Notes: generated by a model not told the origin, from the sequence alone. A DNA stretch of 64,000 nt from Octopus vulgaris (GCA_951406725.2 OX597824.1:8928001-8992000); one strand, 5' to 3'; counted from the stretch's first letter, positions 1 to 13,985 are shown. Program-made: numbers and translations.

Positions 1-76
<76 letters not shown>
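1..76. repeat. (TA)n microsatellite, representative of dozens of (TA)n/(CA)n/(GA)n/(TATC)n tracts across the window
   Basis: Direct reading of the perfect dinucleotide run. Confidence 0.99.
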
Positions 77-79
<3 letters not shown>

Positions 80-689
80 AGAATGGACATTTAATATTCT
101 ACCATTTCATTATATTATATTATTATTAGATTGTAAATAAAACGTGACAAAGTTGGAATTTCTTTAAGTAATATATTCCTCTATACACTATCCTACACAC
201 TCGAGTATATGTATATGTGTGTATGTATGTATGTATGCATGTCTGTCTGTATGTATGTTGGTGGTCGTTGCTTGTGTGTGTGTACGTTTAAATGTACTTT
301 TATGGGAAATCAAACGACCAATCAACGAACGTTTCATCAAGTTTTACAATTACAATAATTTTTTCTATTCCTTGTGATTGATGAACGAAGATTTTGAAAT
401 AAATGTTATTACTAGAGTGCCTGTCGCATCTCTGCTATAGATTTAAGTAGACTTCGTTTAATTGTTTAACCCAAGGTCAAAAATGTTCAAGGGGCGGTTG
501 ATTTCGACAGTCGTTGAAATCGTCACCATCTGTTTCTATCTTTCAATGGTCACTATATCGAATTTGTCCTTCATTTCGAAGATGGTAAGATTCTAAGTGT
601 CATTTGAATCTTATTGATAACTAGCTATCTTCTTCTTCTTCTTCTTCTTCTTCTTCTTCTTCTTCTTCTTCTTCTTCTTCTTCTTCTTC

Positions 690-1168
690 CAATCAGGACT
701 CACGCCATTAGCCACAAAAGAATAATCTCTAATTCGAGCCTACTCTAAGCTACTGAGAATGTGTGCAGCAACTTGAAGATCCACTCGCCACACGCGATAG
801 ACTGGCGGTTGCACGGGCGCGAGGGCTACGTTGTTATCCTCATTCCGTAAACGGTGGCTTTTAACGGGTGGAGAGCTGAACCATCCTGGGTTACAGAGGA
901 TGAGCAATCTATACTAGGGTCTGAAAGTTTACCACACTATAGTGGGTTACACCATTGTTCCTCTGCTTTGAGGCAGAAGTAGGAAGAAAGAGTGAGAGAA
1001 AGTTGCGGTGAAAGAGTACAGCGGAGTTCACTCCCCCCACCACCAGAACCTTATGGAGCTTAGGTGTTTTTGCTCAATAAACACGCACAATGCCCGGTCT
1101 GTGAATCGAAACCGCGTTCTTACGGCCGCGATTCCGCTGCCCTAACCACTGGTCCATTGCACCTCCAC
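690..1168 (-). mobile_element. tRNA-derived SINE family A, tail variant 1, ending at a (GAA)n tract (628-689)
   Basis: Minus strand starts GTGGAGGTGCAATGGACCAGTGGTTAGGGCAGCGG...GGTTTCGATTC (A/B boxes) and shares the body TTTATTGAGC..AAACACCTAAGCTCC with copies at 22892, 35854 and 53407. Confidence 0.85.
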
Positions 1169-1430
1169 ACTAGCTGTTGTGAAACAATACACGTGTATGT
1201 GTGTGTCTATGTGTATGTGTGTGTGTGCGCGTGTGTCTGTGTATGTGAGAATATTTAAACAACGCCATATATATATATATATATATCCGCAGTCAATCTG
1301 GTATAGTTTACTAACTCGTTTAAAGATGGGGATTATCTAACCTCAGGTCTCATGTTCCTCTCGGTTCAGCAGAGTACCTCAAATATACGAACCAGAAATA
1401 CAGATTACCGTCTCTCGTACGTTTGCACGT

Positions 1431-1480
<50 letters not shown>

Positions 1481-2099
1481 TTTATATAAAATATATATAT
1501 ATATATACATACATATATATGTTTGTCTGTGTGTGTATCTGTGTGTTGTGTGTTTATGTCCACACATATATACAGGATAAACTTATACTTGCACACGCAC
1601 GATCATGGATATTTGTGTGTGCATGTGTGTGCATATCTCAGGTGAATGGCTTTGCATTTCTCATAAGGTTTGCAGCACACACAATATGAGATTTATACCC
1701 GAAAGCACAATGAAAAGCAAGCAGAAGATATGAACTTTGAACTGGATAACCCCAGTCAAACCGTCTCTACTTTCTTGATACAAAGCTTCGGGTGATTACG
1801 ATTAGTATACAGATGGTAAACTATGTTGTGTATGTTGTCTGCAAATATATCCGATAAATGTACGTTATCTGAGCGAGAAGGTGTCAAATAGACAACATTT
1901 ACTTTTTTCAATATGGCTGTTAGCGTGAGCGCGAAATATGAGACTGCGCTGCGTCTAAAAGGTAGATTTGATTCAGTTTTGCTACGGAATTCACGCACAG
2001 CTTCCCGTACTATTTTTCCTTCACCACGACTACACTCTCTGCACCGGCACCACCCTACCACTACTGCTACTGCAGCAATCATAACGTCGATATAGCATA

Positions 2100-2176
<77 letters not shown>

Positions 2177-2199
2177 GTCTGTCTATGAATACACTATAA

Positions 2200-2273
<74 letters not shown>

Positions 2274-2851
2274 GCGTGCATTATATATGTACATACATAC
2301 ATAATATATGCATACATGTATTCATACATATATAAATACATACGAATGTATGTATACATGTATACTCACACACATATAAGTGTGTGGGTGTACTGCATTG
2401 TATTACAGGATATAACTATAGATTTTGTGAAAGAGGCATGTGTAAATTAAACCTAAATATCCTGAGATTCTTCTCAACAATTGATTCTTTACGAAGCATA
2501 GACAACGAAAAACGACTAACTGAACTGGTTTCAATGTTTATTGAGATTTCACACATACGCTATAAATAGCCACAATTTTTAATAGTTTCATTAAATCGAA
2601 TCATCAGATTTGCATAAATAACGCATTTTTGCAAAGATTTTAAAATCTCACTGACGATGTGTCAGTGATAGCTACTAATGCTTTTATATTTATTATCCAC
2701 CAGTGCTCACTGACGCGCCGTTAATCTGAATATGACGTCTAAAGAATTTCTTGGGCAGACATTGAGTTAAGGCGAACATATTTAGCGTGTATCTGTTCGT
2801 CACCACTGTCTCTCTCTTTCTCTCTCTCTCTGTCGATGTATATATACAGCC

Positions 2852-3500
2852 GCAGGCGTGACTGCGTGGCACTGCCTGCTTCCCAACCACATGGTTCTTG
2901 GTTCAGTCCCGCTGCATGATACCTTGGGTAAATATCTTCTCCTGTAACCTCGGGCCGACCAAAGCATTGTGGGTGGATTTGGCAGACGGAAACTCAAAGA
3001 AGCCCGTCTTATGTATGTACATATATGTATACATGTGTGTGCCTCTTTGTCCATGCTTGCCCACCCACCACCGGTCGACGACCGGGATTGGTTTGTTTAC
3101 GTCCCTGGCAAAATAAAACAGTAGTACAAGTACCAGGCTTTTAAAGATAAGGCCATGGGACGATTTGCTCGACTAAAACCCTTCAGAGAGATACCCCAGT
3201 ATGGGCGTAGTTTATATATATTCACACACGTGTCTGTGTCTATGTGTGTAAATATATATATATTTGTGTGTGTGTGTATATGTATGTATATCTATCTGTG
3301 TGCCTCTTTGTGTCTATGTTAGCCCTCCCACCAACCCCAGACGACCAGGATTGCTTTGTTTACGTTTTCGGTAAACGAAACAGGTAGTAGAAGTACCATG
3401 CTTTAAATTATAAGGCCTTCGGTCGATTTATTCGACTAAGACCCTTCAGGGTGGTGCCTCAACATGGCCGTGGTTTATGTATATTCACACATTTGTCTGT
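2852..3500 (+). mobile_element. Degenerate SINE family C with a tandemly duplicated 3' half (about 3040-3240 and 3300-3500)
   Basis: CCTTGGGTAAATATCTTCT...GGATTTGGCAGACGGAAACTCAAAGAAGCCCGTC matches 63641-63800; the 3' half and its flank TTTAT(A/G)TATATTCACACA occur twice. Confidence 0.75.
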
Positions 3501-3724
3501 GTGTATATATATATATATATGTACGTATTTGTGTGTGCGTGTATGACGTACGTGAAATGTATACGTGTGGATGTTGAAGCCAATGCGTGCACATGTATAA
3601 TAAAAGAGATATGACAGTAAATAATATTTAGAAAACTTGTGCAAACGCTATTGCCAATTACATTTCGATTAACGTGTAGGAATATATAAAAACAACAACA
3701 AGAATGGAAATAACACCAATAAAA

Positions 3725-3775
3725 AACAACTACAATAATGACAACAACAGCAATAACAAAAACAACAACAACAAA

Positions 3776-3810
<35 letters not shown>

Positions 3811-3944
3811 CGATAATAATAATAATAATAGTGATGATAATAACAATGACAATAATAATAATAATAATGATAATAACAATGACAATAATAATAATAATAA
3901 TGATAATAATAATAATGACAATACTAATAATGATGACAATAATG

Positions 3945-3999
<55 letters not shown>

Positions 4000-4136
4000 A
4001 TAATAATAATAATTACAATGGCAATAATAATAATGATAATAATAATGATAATAATAATAATGACAATAATAATAATAATGACAATAATAATAATGATGAC
4101 AATAATAATAATAATAACAACAATGACAATAATATA

Positions 4137-4207
<71 letters not shown>

Positions 4208-4346
4208 TAATAATAATAATAATAACAATGGCAATAATAATAATGATAATAATAATGATAATAATAATAATGACAATAATAATAATAATGACAATAATAA
4301 TAATGATGACAATAATAATAATAATAACAACAATGACAATAATATA

Positions 4347-4393
<47 letters not shown>

Positions 4394-4445
4394 TAATAAT
4401 AATAATAATGACAATAATAATAATAATGACAATAATTATAATCAC
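3725..4445. repeat. Compound (AAT/GAT/GAC)n microsatellite with a 210-bp higher-order duplication
   Basis: The interruptions CAATGGCAAT and AATATAAAT recur at a 210-bp spacing (4021 vs 4231). Confidence 0.9.
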
Positions 4446-5076
4446 AATGGTATTATTGGTAACGAGGAAACGAATCACATTTAAATCTAGAATAATCGAA
4501 ACCATAATAAAAACATTTATATTTTGGTGAAGAACATGAATGGTGGCAATATTGCTTTAATAAATGGTTTGTGGTGCCATCGGCAGCGGCGGCGGCGGCG
4601 GCGGCGGTGGTGGTGGTGGTGGCAATGGTTGAGATAAACAAGCAGTGTGTGAGAAAGAATGAGGATATCACATTTCGTGCGGTTATAGGAAGTAAAAACG
4701 AGTCAAACAGAAGAGTTTGGTGAATTACGATGTGGCGGCTACTAAAAATATTCCGATGTAATAATATTCATAGATAGTAAACGTATGGCTTCAATTCATA
4801 GAATTTTTCTTCGAAATAACAAATTGACAATTAAGCTATATATATATGTTACGTATGGCTTTCCATTATTACATACAATGAAGTTATTTTAGATAATCCA
4901 ATAACGGTGGAAACAGCATCATATTCGAGGTATTGGGAAATGGACAAGAGAAAGCGCTTCGAGTATCTTCTGCACGGATAAATAGCTATAGTCACCTATA
5001 TATAAACAAATGTACACATACTAGTACATATTCACGACCCATATATATTTTTGTATTTGTGTGCATGCGTGTATAA

Positions 5077-5109
<33 letters not shown>

Positions 5110-5111
<2 letters not shown>

Positions 5112-5310
5112 TAATCTAAACATGAAAACACAAAGAGAAAACACAACAGCACGAGGAGGTGAAACAAGTATAGTGTTATTGGACGCTCAGTAAAGGAATG
5201 AAGGAGTATGTAACGTTTCGAGCGGAGCTCTTCGTCAGAAATAGAGGAAAAGTAAATATCCAAGGAAGGGAAGACGGAGGAAAAAAATCGCCGAAGATAC
5301 ACACGCGCTC
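5110..5310 (-). mobile_element. About 200-bp (TA)n-embedded element with a minimal hammerhead ribozyme motif (Penelope-like element terminus)
   Basis: Minus strand 5242-5207 reads TTT CTGACGA AGAGC TCC GCTC GAAACGTTA; homologous to 25671-25880; flanked by (TA)n on both sides. Confidence 0.75.
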
Positions 5311-5391
5311 ATATATATATATATATATATATATATGTTGATGGATAGACAGATTAGATAGGTAGACAGATAGATAAATACATAGATAGGC

Positions 5392-5755
5392 GGTGGCACT
5401 CTGTCGGTTACGACGACACGGGTTCCAGTTGATCAGATCAGCGGAACAACCTGCTCGTGAAATTAACTTGTACTCCACAGACATGTGTACCCTTAACGTA
5501 GTTCTCAGGGAGATTCAGCGTGACACGGAGTGTGACAAGGCTGGTCCCTTTGAAATACGGGTACAACAGAAACAAGAAGAAGGAGTGTAAGAAAGTCATG
5601 GTCAAAGAGCACACCAGGGTTCGCCACTACCCCATGCCGGAGCCTTGTGGAGCTTTAGTTATTTTCGCTCAATAAACACTCACAACACTCGGTCTGGGAA
5701 TCGAAACCGCGATCATACGACCACGGGTCCGCTGCCCTAACTATTGCACCTCTAC
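5392..5755 (-). mobile_element. SINE family A, tail variant 2
   Basis: Same tRNA head as 22892; tail ...GAACCCGTGTCGTCGTAACCGACAGAGTGC shared with 53023-53407. Confidence 0.9.
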
Positions 5756-6339
5756 TATAGATAGGTAGATAATTAAATACATATATTATTAAACTGATTA
5801 CTTACTGAAATAATTGTCAACATAAGGAGGGAAAATATAGTATTTAATATACATATGTGTCTACGTGTGTGTGTGTGTGTGTGTGTGTGTCTGTGTGTGT
5901 GTCTGTGTGTCTGTGTGTGTGTATGCGTGAACGAAATTCAAATACGGTGCACGTGCTTTGGGTGACAGACTTCAAAAGTAAAGGAGTGCCATTTAACAGA
6001 GTTTAGAATTATTTTGATGCAATTAAAGTTATTTAGGTTAATTAAAATCTTGAATGTCAGAGGTGAAGAGACGTCGAAGTAGTAGCGTCACGTGAAAAGT
6101 GTGTCGAGCATGTGACAGTTAAGAATAGAAACGCATTACAAGTATCAATCATTGAGAATCTATGCAAAAAGTACAACACATCTCACTTTTGTATCTTATT
6201 TAATTGTTCGGTATGACTGCACTCACGGCACTTGGAGTGTGTTCTAGTATACACCCGGATCGAACCATGCCTCGTGAGTGAACTTGGCTGACGCAAATCA
6301 CGTGGAAGCCCGTCATATATATATATATACATACATATC

Positions 6340-7100
6340 TTCTTGAATTCTTTTACTGGCTTCTGACTGCGGCCATGCTGGAGCACCACTTTTAGTCAAA
6401 CAAATCAACCTCATGACCTATAAGACATACAAATACCTACCTACCTACCTACCTACATACATACATACATATATACATACGCCCATACATATAATCGTCA
6501 CTCTACCCCTTTCATTTTTCTCTCGCTCCTCCTTAATTCTTCTGTCCCACTGCTTCTACTCCCTCTTCCTTCCCCACGTGACCGGTGTTCGGCCAAGCCT
6601 GACCTTTCTTTCTTGTTTCGACTACCATCGGTGCAACATCTATATTCCTCTCTATGCTTGTCATATCTTATGTCCTCACCGTAAGGCTTTACTTTGACAC
6701 ACGCCAACTTGACTTAATTAGTCCTTAGTCGAAAGAGACCTGTTGTTAAAGTCCTGTTATTTGTATTTGTGTACCATTTCTCCGTTTTTTTCATGCTTGT
6801 TTTCGTATACATTCGCTGCTTTCTTCCGAGGAATCTAGTGCTCCTGGCTTAGTTTTTCTTGCGGCTGGCCAGATTGGAGCAATCTCGTTTATAACCAGTC
6901 GAAATTGCAAAGAAAGTCTGGAACTCGATTGAGGAAAGAAAACTCCGAATGACCCGTCCTTGTTTTCTTTGTATAGTCTGTCTGGATGGTTTGTTGTCCA
7001 TTTTTTGTATCACCTAACTCCCTGGATGTTTTGTGTTCTTGCCCCATTTTTGTATTTTTATATATAAATACACACACACACACACACATATATATATATG

Positions 7101-7166
<66 letters not shown>

Positions 7167-7320
7167 CGACGGGCTTATTTCAGTTTCCGTCTACCAAATC
7201 CACTCACAAGGCTTCGGACGGCCAGAGTCTCTAGTAGAAGACACTTGCCCAAGGGGTCACGCAGTGGGACCTGAACACGGGACCAAGTGGCTGGGAAGCA
7301 ATCTTCTTGCCACCCAGTCA
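6340..7320 (-). mobile_element. SINE family C pieces (3' end 6340-6420, 5' half 7167-7320) separated by an unidentified segment of about 600 bp (6480-7070)
   Basis: GACTGCGGCCATGCTGGAGCACC and TTTCAGTTTCCGTCTACCAAATCCACTCACAAGGC are reverse complements of family C sequence. Confidence 0.65.
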
Positions 7321-8121
7321 CTCATATATACATATATTTATATATATGTTTATGTGTGCATGTGTTTGTGTGTGGTCATCCTCCCCATCGCTCTTAAACC
7401 GGTGTTGATTTGTTCACGTCCCCGTAACTCGCAGTTTCCGAATAAGACGCCGGTAGAATAATTACCAAACTTTAGAAGCAAAAGAAATACTGCAGTTGGT
7501 TCGTATGACTCAACCATTGAAGTGGCGGTGGTGCGCCGACATAGCCGCAGTCGAAATTTCCGAAACATGGAAACAAGTGCAGATATTAAAATGTAACGAT
7601 AATATTATTGTGACAGTAAATAAACAAAATATACATGAAATTCGGTGATTTATTATTGAGATAGAAGCTGTTAAATCTCTAATGACAATATATTTATTAG
7701 AATGATAGCAACATTGTCAGTGCATTTTAATAGAAAACACGATTTCTAGAAACTATCTTACATAGAACAATCAGGAGAAAAAGAAATACAATATCGTATT
7801 ATATACTTGATCGTAACTAAACTGTAGACAGACAAATTTCAAAAATATACTTAATCTATTGAACAAACATTTTCCTTCGTACCATAATATCATAAAATAT
7901 TATATTACAGTATGCAATTATTTCTTGCGGTATTTAGTTACTTCTACCTGATGCCAATTAAATTTGAAGACTCTTAACACCGGATGTCATTTTTAACTTC
8001 GCGTATCCAAATAACAGGTCACAAGACCGTAAATATAAGTTTCAAGATACTGCATACAAATATGGTTTAGAAACTAACAATACATCTGTCATACATAAAA
8101 AATAAGAATCGTTAAATACAA

Positions 8122-8539
8122 TTCTATATCTAAGAGATGAGGAATTATGTACTTTATTTACATTATTTACCTTTGACATATTTATCATCAACTTGTTTGT
8201 TGTTAACACAATGTTTCGGCTGATATACCCTCCAGCCTTCATTGGGTGTCTTGGGGACATTTCGAACCTGGGTTCTCATTCCTAAGGTATTTTTCGATGT
8301 TATTATTATTATTATTATTAATATCATTCAAATCACTGCCCGGAATTGAAATCGAAATCTTGGTGTTAGTAGCCCGCGCTCTTAACCGCTACGCCATATG
8401 CCCGTGGGTAATTATGGCGTGTATTTTGGGGGCTTATAAACCAGGTTTGAAATTTCCCCAAGACACCTGATGAAGGCTGGAGGGTATATGTGTTAACAAC
8501 AAACAAGATGAGGACAAATATCCGTTAAATGTAAATAAT
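8122..8539 (-). mobile_element. Fold-back element: tRNA-like head plus hammerhead-bearing Penelope-type arm plus an inverted copy of that arm; 11-bp flanking direct repeat GTTAAATACAA
   Basis: Arms 8156-8273 and 8438-8546 are inverted; tRNA-like head at 8403-8333 (-); CTGATGAAGGCTG at 8467; CAGCCGAAAC on the minus strand at 8222-8213; direct repeats at 8111-8121 and 8540-8550; partial copy at 9181-9234. Confidence 0.75.
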
Positions 8540-10177
8540 GTTAAATACAACCTGAAAGAAAGAACTCAACTATAAAATACGGAATTATGGAATCCTCTTG
8601 TACAAAATATTTCTTCTTAATCAGCACCCTAAATTGATGACGTGTTGCTCATTTAATACATGTAAAAATCCTCAACAATTCCAAGATATGATCTACACAT
8701 GATATAACACATATGATGTTTAAGGGTAAACGTATCTCCTTTGCCAAGACACGATGGTTTCCATCTTTTACTCAGGATCAGATCTGTCGTCTTTTCAGCT
8801 ACATAACGTAACGTATACACACACAACACATATACATACCCAGCACGTATACAAATATACATTCATATGTATGCATGTATGTATCTATGTAGTCATCACT
8901 GTATGTATGTGTGTACTGAGGCTGTTTAATGATATTTCACTCCAATAAGGTGAAGCCTCGCGCTAAATGACCTTACATCTCTGCCACTGCAGATCCCATT
9001 ATACATTTTCCCATTGCAAGATTGAACTGAATTACTTCACGGGTTTACATTTGTATATTGACTTCTTCCTTTTATAGAACTAATAATAGTAATACAACCC
9101 CTTTAATGTTAACAATACTTACACAAATCTCACAGTTTTGACTCACTGCAAAAATCAACCCCTAACGTACACCTAATTTTGGAGTGTATTTTTGGGGCTT
9201 ATAAACCAGATTTGAAATTTCCCCAAGACACCTGTAAACATAGAAAGTTATGTCAGATTTAGTGTTAACTTTAGTTTAGCAATCATTTCGCAACCAGTCC
9301 ACAAATCATTGTAAAAGACTATAGGTTTACAACTATTAAACAGGTTTCATTTACTCTAAATCTTAAATTATTTCGCAAGGTGTCGACATTTCTACTGCTG
9401 TGGGTTTGTGTCAGCGACGAAGTCACAATGGTGGCGAATATTTTGGCAATTCGACAAATAAACTTAAAACTTAACAGCTTTATGAGTTATTAAGTGCATC
9501 GTCCATGATGCAAATACTTCCGTTTCAACCACAGTCTCAGATCAGACGAAAGCGTTTGCTAGACAAGCAGAAATTTGAAACTAATGGCTATAAACTATCG
9601 GCCAAGTTATTAATATCCTCTCTACAACAAACCATCCCTTTGTTTAAAATAGTATACATTTTGAAGCAGTTCAAAGATATCATGTTATCAAAATTAATCA
9701 TGAGTTGTGACACATTTAGACTCTATCTAATAAAGCAAATATCATATATATGTTTAGCCATTCATACTCATACTTAAGTTAACCTCTCCTCATAAAATTG
9801 GATTATATTCAATAATTCTTATAAACATAGATATTATCTTATCGTCATTTCAGATATTTAGATAACTTAAGTTTCAATTATAATTTTATAATTTTATAAC
9901 CATCTGACGTACTTTTACATATATTTATAAATATTATTGTTTATAAATTTTATTCTCTGTTTCCAATACATAGAAATATATATATCACCCCCACCCTTTT
10001 GTCAATATTCCTCTTAAACTGAAATACATATATATTCTGTCTTCAGTCAGAATATATTAAAACCAATATTGTTATTACAAAAGCTAACAATACTGTGAGT
10101 TATTTTATATATTTTAAAGTATAACGTATTTACAATGATATATTTCCAATTTTCCAATGTCACCTATGTCACAACAT

Positions 10178-10242
<65 letters not shown>

Positions 10243-10288
10243 TATATATATACACAAACGTGCGTACAACTATCTATCTATCTATCTA

Positions 10289-10339
<51 letters not shown>

Positions 10340-10408
10340 ATAAAGAGAAAGAGAGAGAGATTGATAGATAAGTAGATAGATAGAGGGATAGATAGTTCTA
10401 CGTACATT

Positions 10409-10446
<38 letters not shown>

Positions 10447-10468
10447 CATATATGTGTATGTATGTATG

Positions 10469-10507
<39 letters not shown>

Positions 10508-11191
10508 CATTAATATTTATATTTATATATTTTCATGTTTATACATACACATCTATCAAAGATGAAAAAAAAAAGCTAAATCTAAATGAAATTACATCAT
10601 AATTTCCTTATATCTGTATATATTTAATATTTTTGATGCACTAAGAGAAAAAAATAGTAAAAATTTTAATATACATCCCTTAATAAAATAGAATAATATT
10701 TTTTATATACACATACCGAAGACAGAAAAAAATGAATAGGAATATGCCTGGTAAAAATATTGTATGATTATTAATCGCTGAGGAGACCTAATAAGACTGA
10801 AATATGTATAGAGTTATCACTGTAACTACCAAGGAGTTTCCCCTCTTCCTTTTAATGACAAGAGTTATTATAAAGTTTCATTATATTTTTTGTCACCAGA
10901 AGTATAAATTTAATTGAATAAAACAATTTCGTACAAATTAACTTTATCTTATGTAGAAGGTACGATTGGGGAAAGTTTGAATGCCACATCTTGTGAAATA
11001 AGTATAATTAAAATATGGAAACTAGGTTGTGGGATAAATTAGCTTGGTTTTTCTCTCCGGCAAAGACTTACTTCAATTGATTAATATCTTGGTGTAATAG
11101 CAAAATGGAGATTATCTGTATTAAAACAAAACCAGTATCCACAAGGAATTAGACTGCAACGTAACAGAAGATGATGATGATGATAATGATG

Positions 11192-11222
<31 letters not shown>

Positions 11223-11781
11223 AATGATGATGAAGAGGAGAAGGAAGATGATGACGATGACGGTTGTGGAGCTTGTAGTAGTATTTACGATTATAGAGCT
11301 GAATAAGAAATTGATAAAGAAACAAAAAGAAGAAAAAAATCAGAAAGTGGAACAGGAAGTTCTGAGGCTAACATTAGAAGAAAATTATCTGATCAGCTTT
11401 GTAGAATGGTAAACAAATGAAAATTATGAGAGATTCCCATTCTTGTCGATTTAAATAGTTTCTTATTGAAGATAGGTTCCTGTTTGCAGGCAAACAAATA
11501 CTTCCACATAACACACGCATACAAACACAACCACAAACACACACACAGAGTCACACACACACATACACACACACACACACACACGTATGAACACAGATAG
11601 ATACGCGTTGCCACATATGTACATACTTAAAGAGACATATATACATTATCAGCATATACATACATATACGTCATGTATATACATATATATATCACTATAT
11701 TTATATATGTATAAGTATGCATGTACGTATATTTATATGTGTATATACACACAAATAATATAGCTATCTCTCTCTCGGTCT

Positions 11782-11846
<65 letters not shown>

Positions 11847-11847
11847 G

Positions 11848-11912
<65 letters not shown>

Positions 11913-12728
11913 TATCTATTCAGATATTGAGGCTCCGAGAAAGATATTTCATACCAAGACTATAGAAATAAAGCATGACAATTTTAAAAATTGTAAAGTC
12001 GAATGACTAGTAATAGAACGTTCAGTACCTTACGTTAACAGCACTGAAAGCTGTGATCTTTGTCTCTCGGAAAAGTACTCTATTTTGTTATAGCCTTTTT
12101 CAGTGTTGAACCAAATGATCAGAATTCGGGAACTTTTGCATATACTTCAATTGCTATCAAGGAGCTAAAACGGTACGATTTCCATATAATGTTTTTGTCA
12201 TACACCAAAATATGGAAAAATATTAGAAAGCAGCGCATTCAATTATCATTGAATTGCACTAAGATAAGCCACTGTCATTGGTTTTGCGTGCTTTCCGTAT
12301 AATACTGAAAATATATAACCACTACAGTCATACAGCATATACGCACAACATGTGTATACACGCATTCATTGCAAAAGGCACACTAGGAACACTTAATTGA
12401 ATTTGGCAAGTTAAGTGGGAAGACAGGAGAAAGTCTTTAAAGCTGCCACAAATCTATGACACGAGGCCCCTGGGGTGCGTCCAGCAATTGAATGGAGGAC
12501 GTGTGACGCGTTTTACTGCTTGTTTATAAGCAACAATGGAATCTCATTAACTAATCTCATTTCGATATGATTAAAAATATTTTTTTCTGTTTATAGTCTA
12601 ATCTTGGTATAGTTCAATCGTTTGAACGGTGACGTGAGACGCAGATGATCTACTCAAAGAACTTCGGTTTGGTGCTTAGGTGTTGAGTGTCTTCCACGAT
12701 AAGTTAACATCCAGGTTCCAAAGCTTAC

Positions 12729-12817
12729 CATTTGCGGAATGCGACCCTGTGAGTCCGCTGACAACAGGTTTCTGTCCGCTCCCACAAAACCAACCAGAGC
12801 AAGTAAGACTGAGAGCT
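12729..12817 (-). other. Candidate 89-nt spliced exon of an unidentified gene
   Basis: Acceptor ttgttattgttacttcacag|AGCTCTC and donor CAAATG|gtaagc; GC-richer, non-repetitive sequence; all three frames open, one giving signal-peptide-like LSVLLALVGFVGA-DRNLLSADSQGRIPQM. Confidence 0.55.
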
Positions 12818-13148
12818 CTGTGAAGTAACAATAACAATATGTGTGTGTGTGTGAGTATGTGTATGTGTGCGTGTATATATGTATGTATGTATGTAGATAT
12901 ATATATATGTTCTTTCATACATACACACACACAGACACATAATATAATGGAAGAAGGAAACGGAAAATGGAGATTTGTAAGAATCTTTATACAACACAAC
13001 GATCGTTTCGACCCATCCTATATGTATATATGTATATCTGTACGTACAAATGTGTGTGGATATGTATGTATATTATAAACTCATTGAACACCTCGGAATT
13101 TCTGACGTAGATCCAGTGAAACTTACGTCAGAGTTGTGAATGTCATTG

Positions 13149-13186
<38 letters not shown>

Positions 13187-13691
13187 TATATATATATATG
13201 TTGTATATTTGTTTGTAACAGCAGTTTCTGCATCGTTTCGCTTCACAAAAGAGAAACTACAGGATCTTGATCACCACATGTGACGCAAGTCCCTTAATCA
13301 CACATCCATACATGTGGCTATGCATTTAAGTGTAACTGAAATGCTTTAGTGAAAGTACAAAATATGCAACGCTGGCGTTTTACTACAAACAACACGTCTA
13401 CATTATGTTTATCGAAACACACGCAGACAAACATACACATGCAGAAATAACCTCGTTTATAGACTACAAGAAGTAAACGAACATATAGGTACACATACAT
13501 TAATCAAAACCACTTAAGCACACCCGCACACATACGCAAACATATTCATACACACGTACATAACGAATCATACTCGCAAGCGTTTTAGAGTCACAAAATC
13601 ATGGACAGAACAGTACAGACACAAATGCGCACACACAAACATTCATACTTAGAGCATGCAAGCGTGCATGTATATACACTTAGAAATACAC

Positions 13692-13767
<76 letters not shown>

Positions 13768-13949
13768 GTATATATATATATGTTTCTGTGTGTGTGTACA
13801 GATAAATATCTATACATATATACACATACATATACACACATATATACACACATATATACACGCACATGTACGTGGAGATATACATATATACCTACAGCTA
13901 CTTGGTGGCAGATGGATACATACATACAGACATACAGACAGACATACAT

Positions 13950-13985
<36 letters not shown>

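Noticed and set aside
10774-10813. CTGAGGA...GAAATATGTA hammerhead-like motif
   Set aside because: Stems I and II do not pair convincingly; may be a very decayed copy but cannot be supported.
13101-13132. TCTGACGTA/TACGTCAGA hairpin with a minus-strand GTAAGT donor
   Set aside because: Short enough to be chance, and the putative exon runs into (TA)n without an acceptor.
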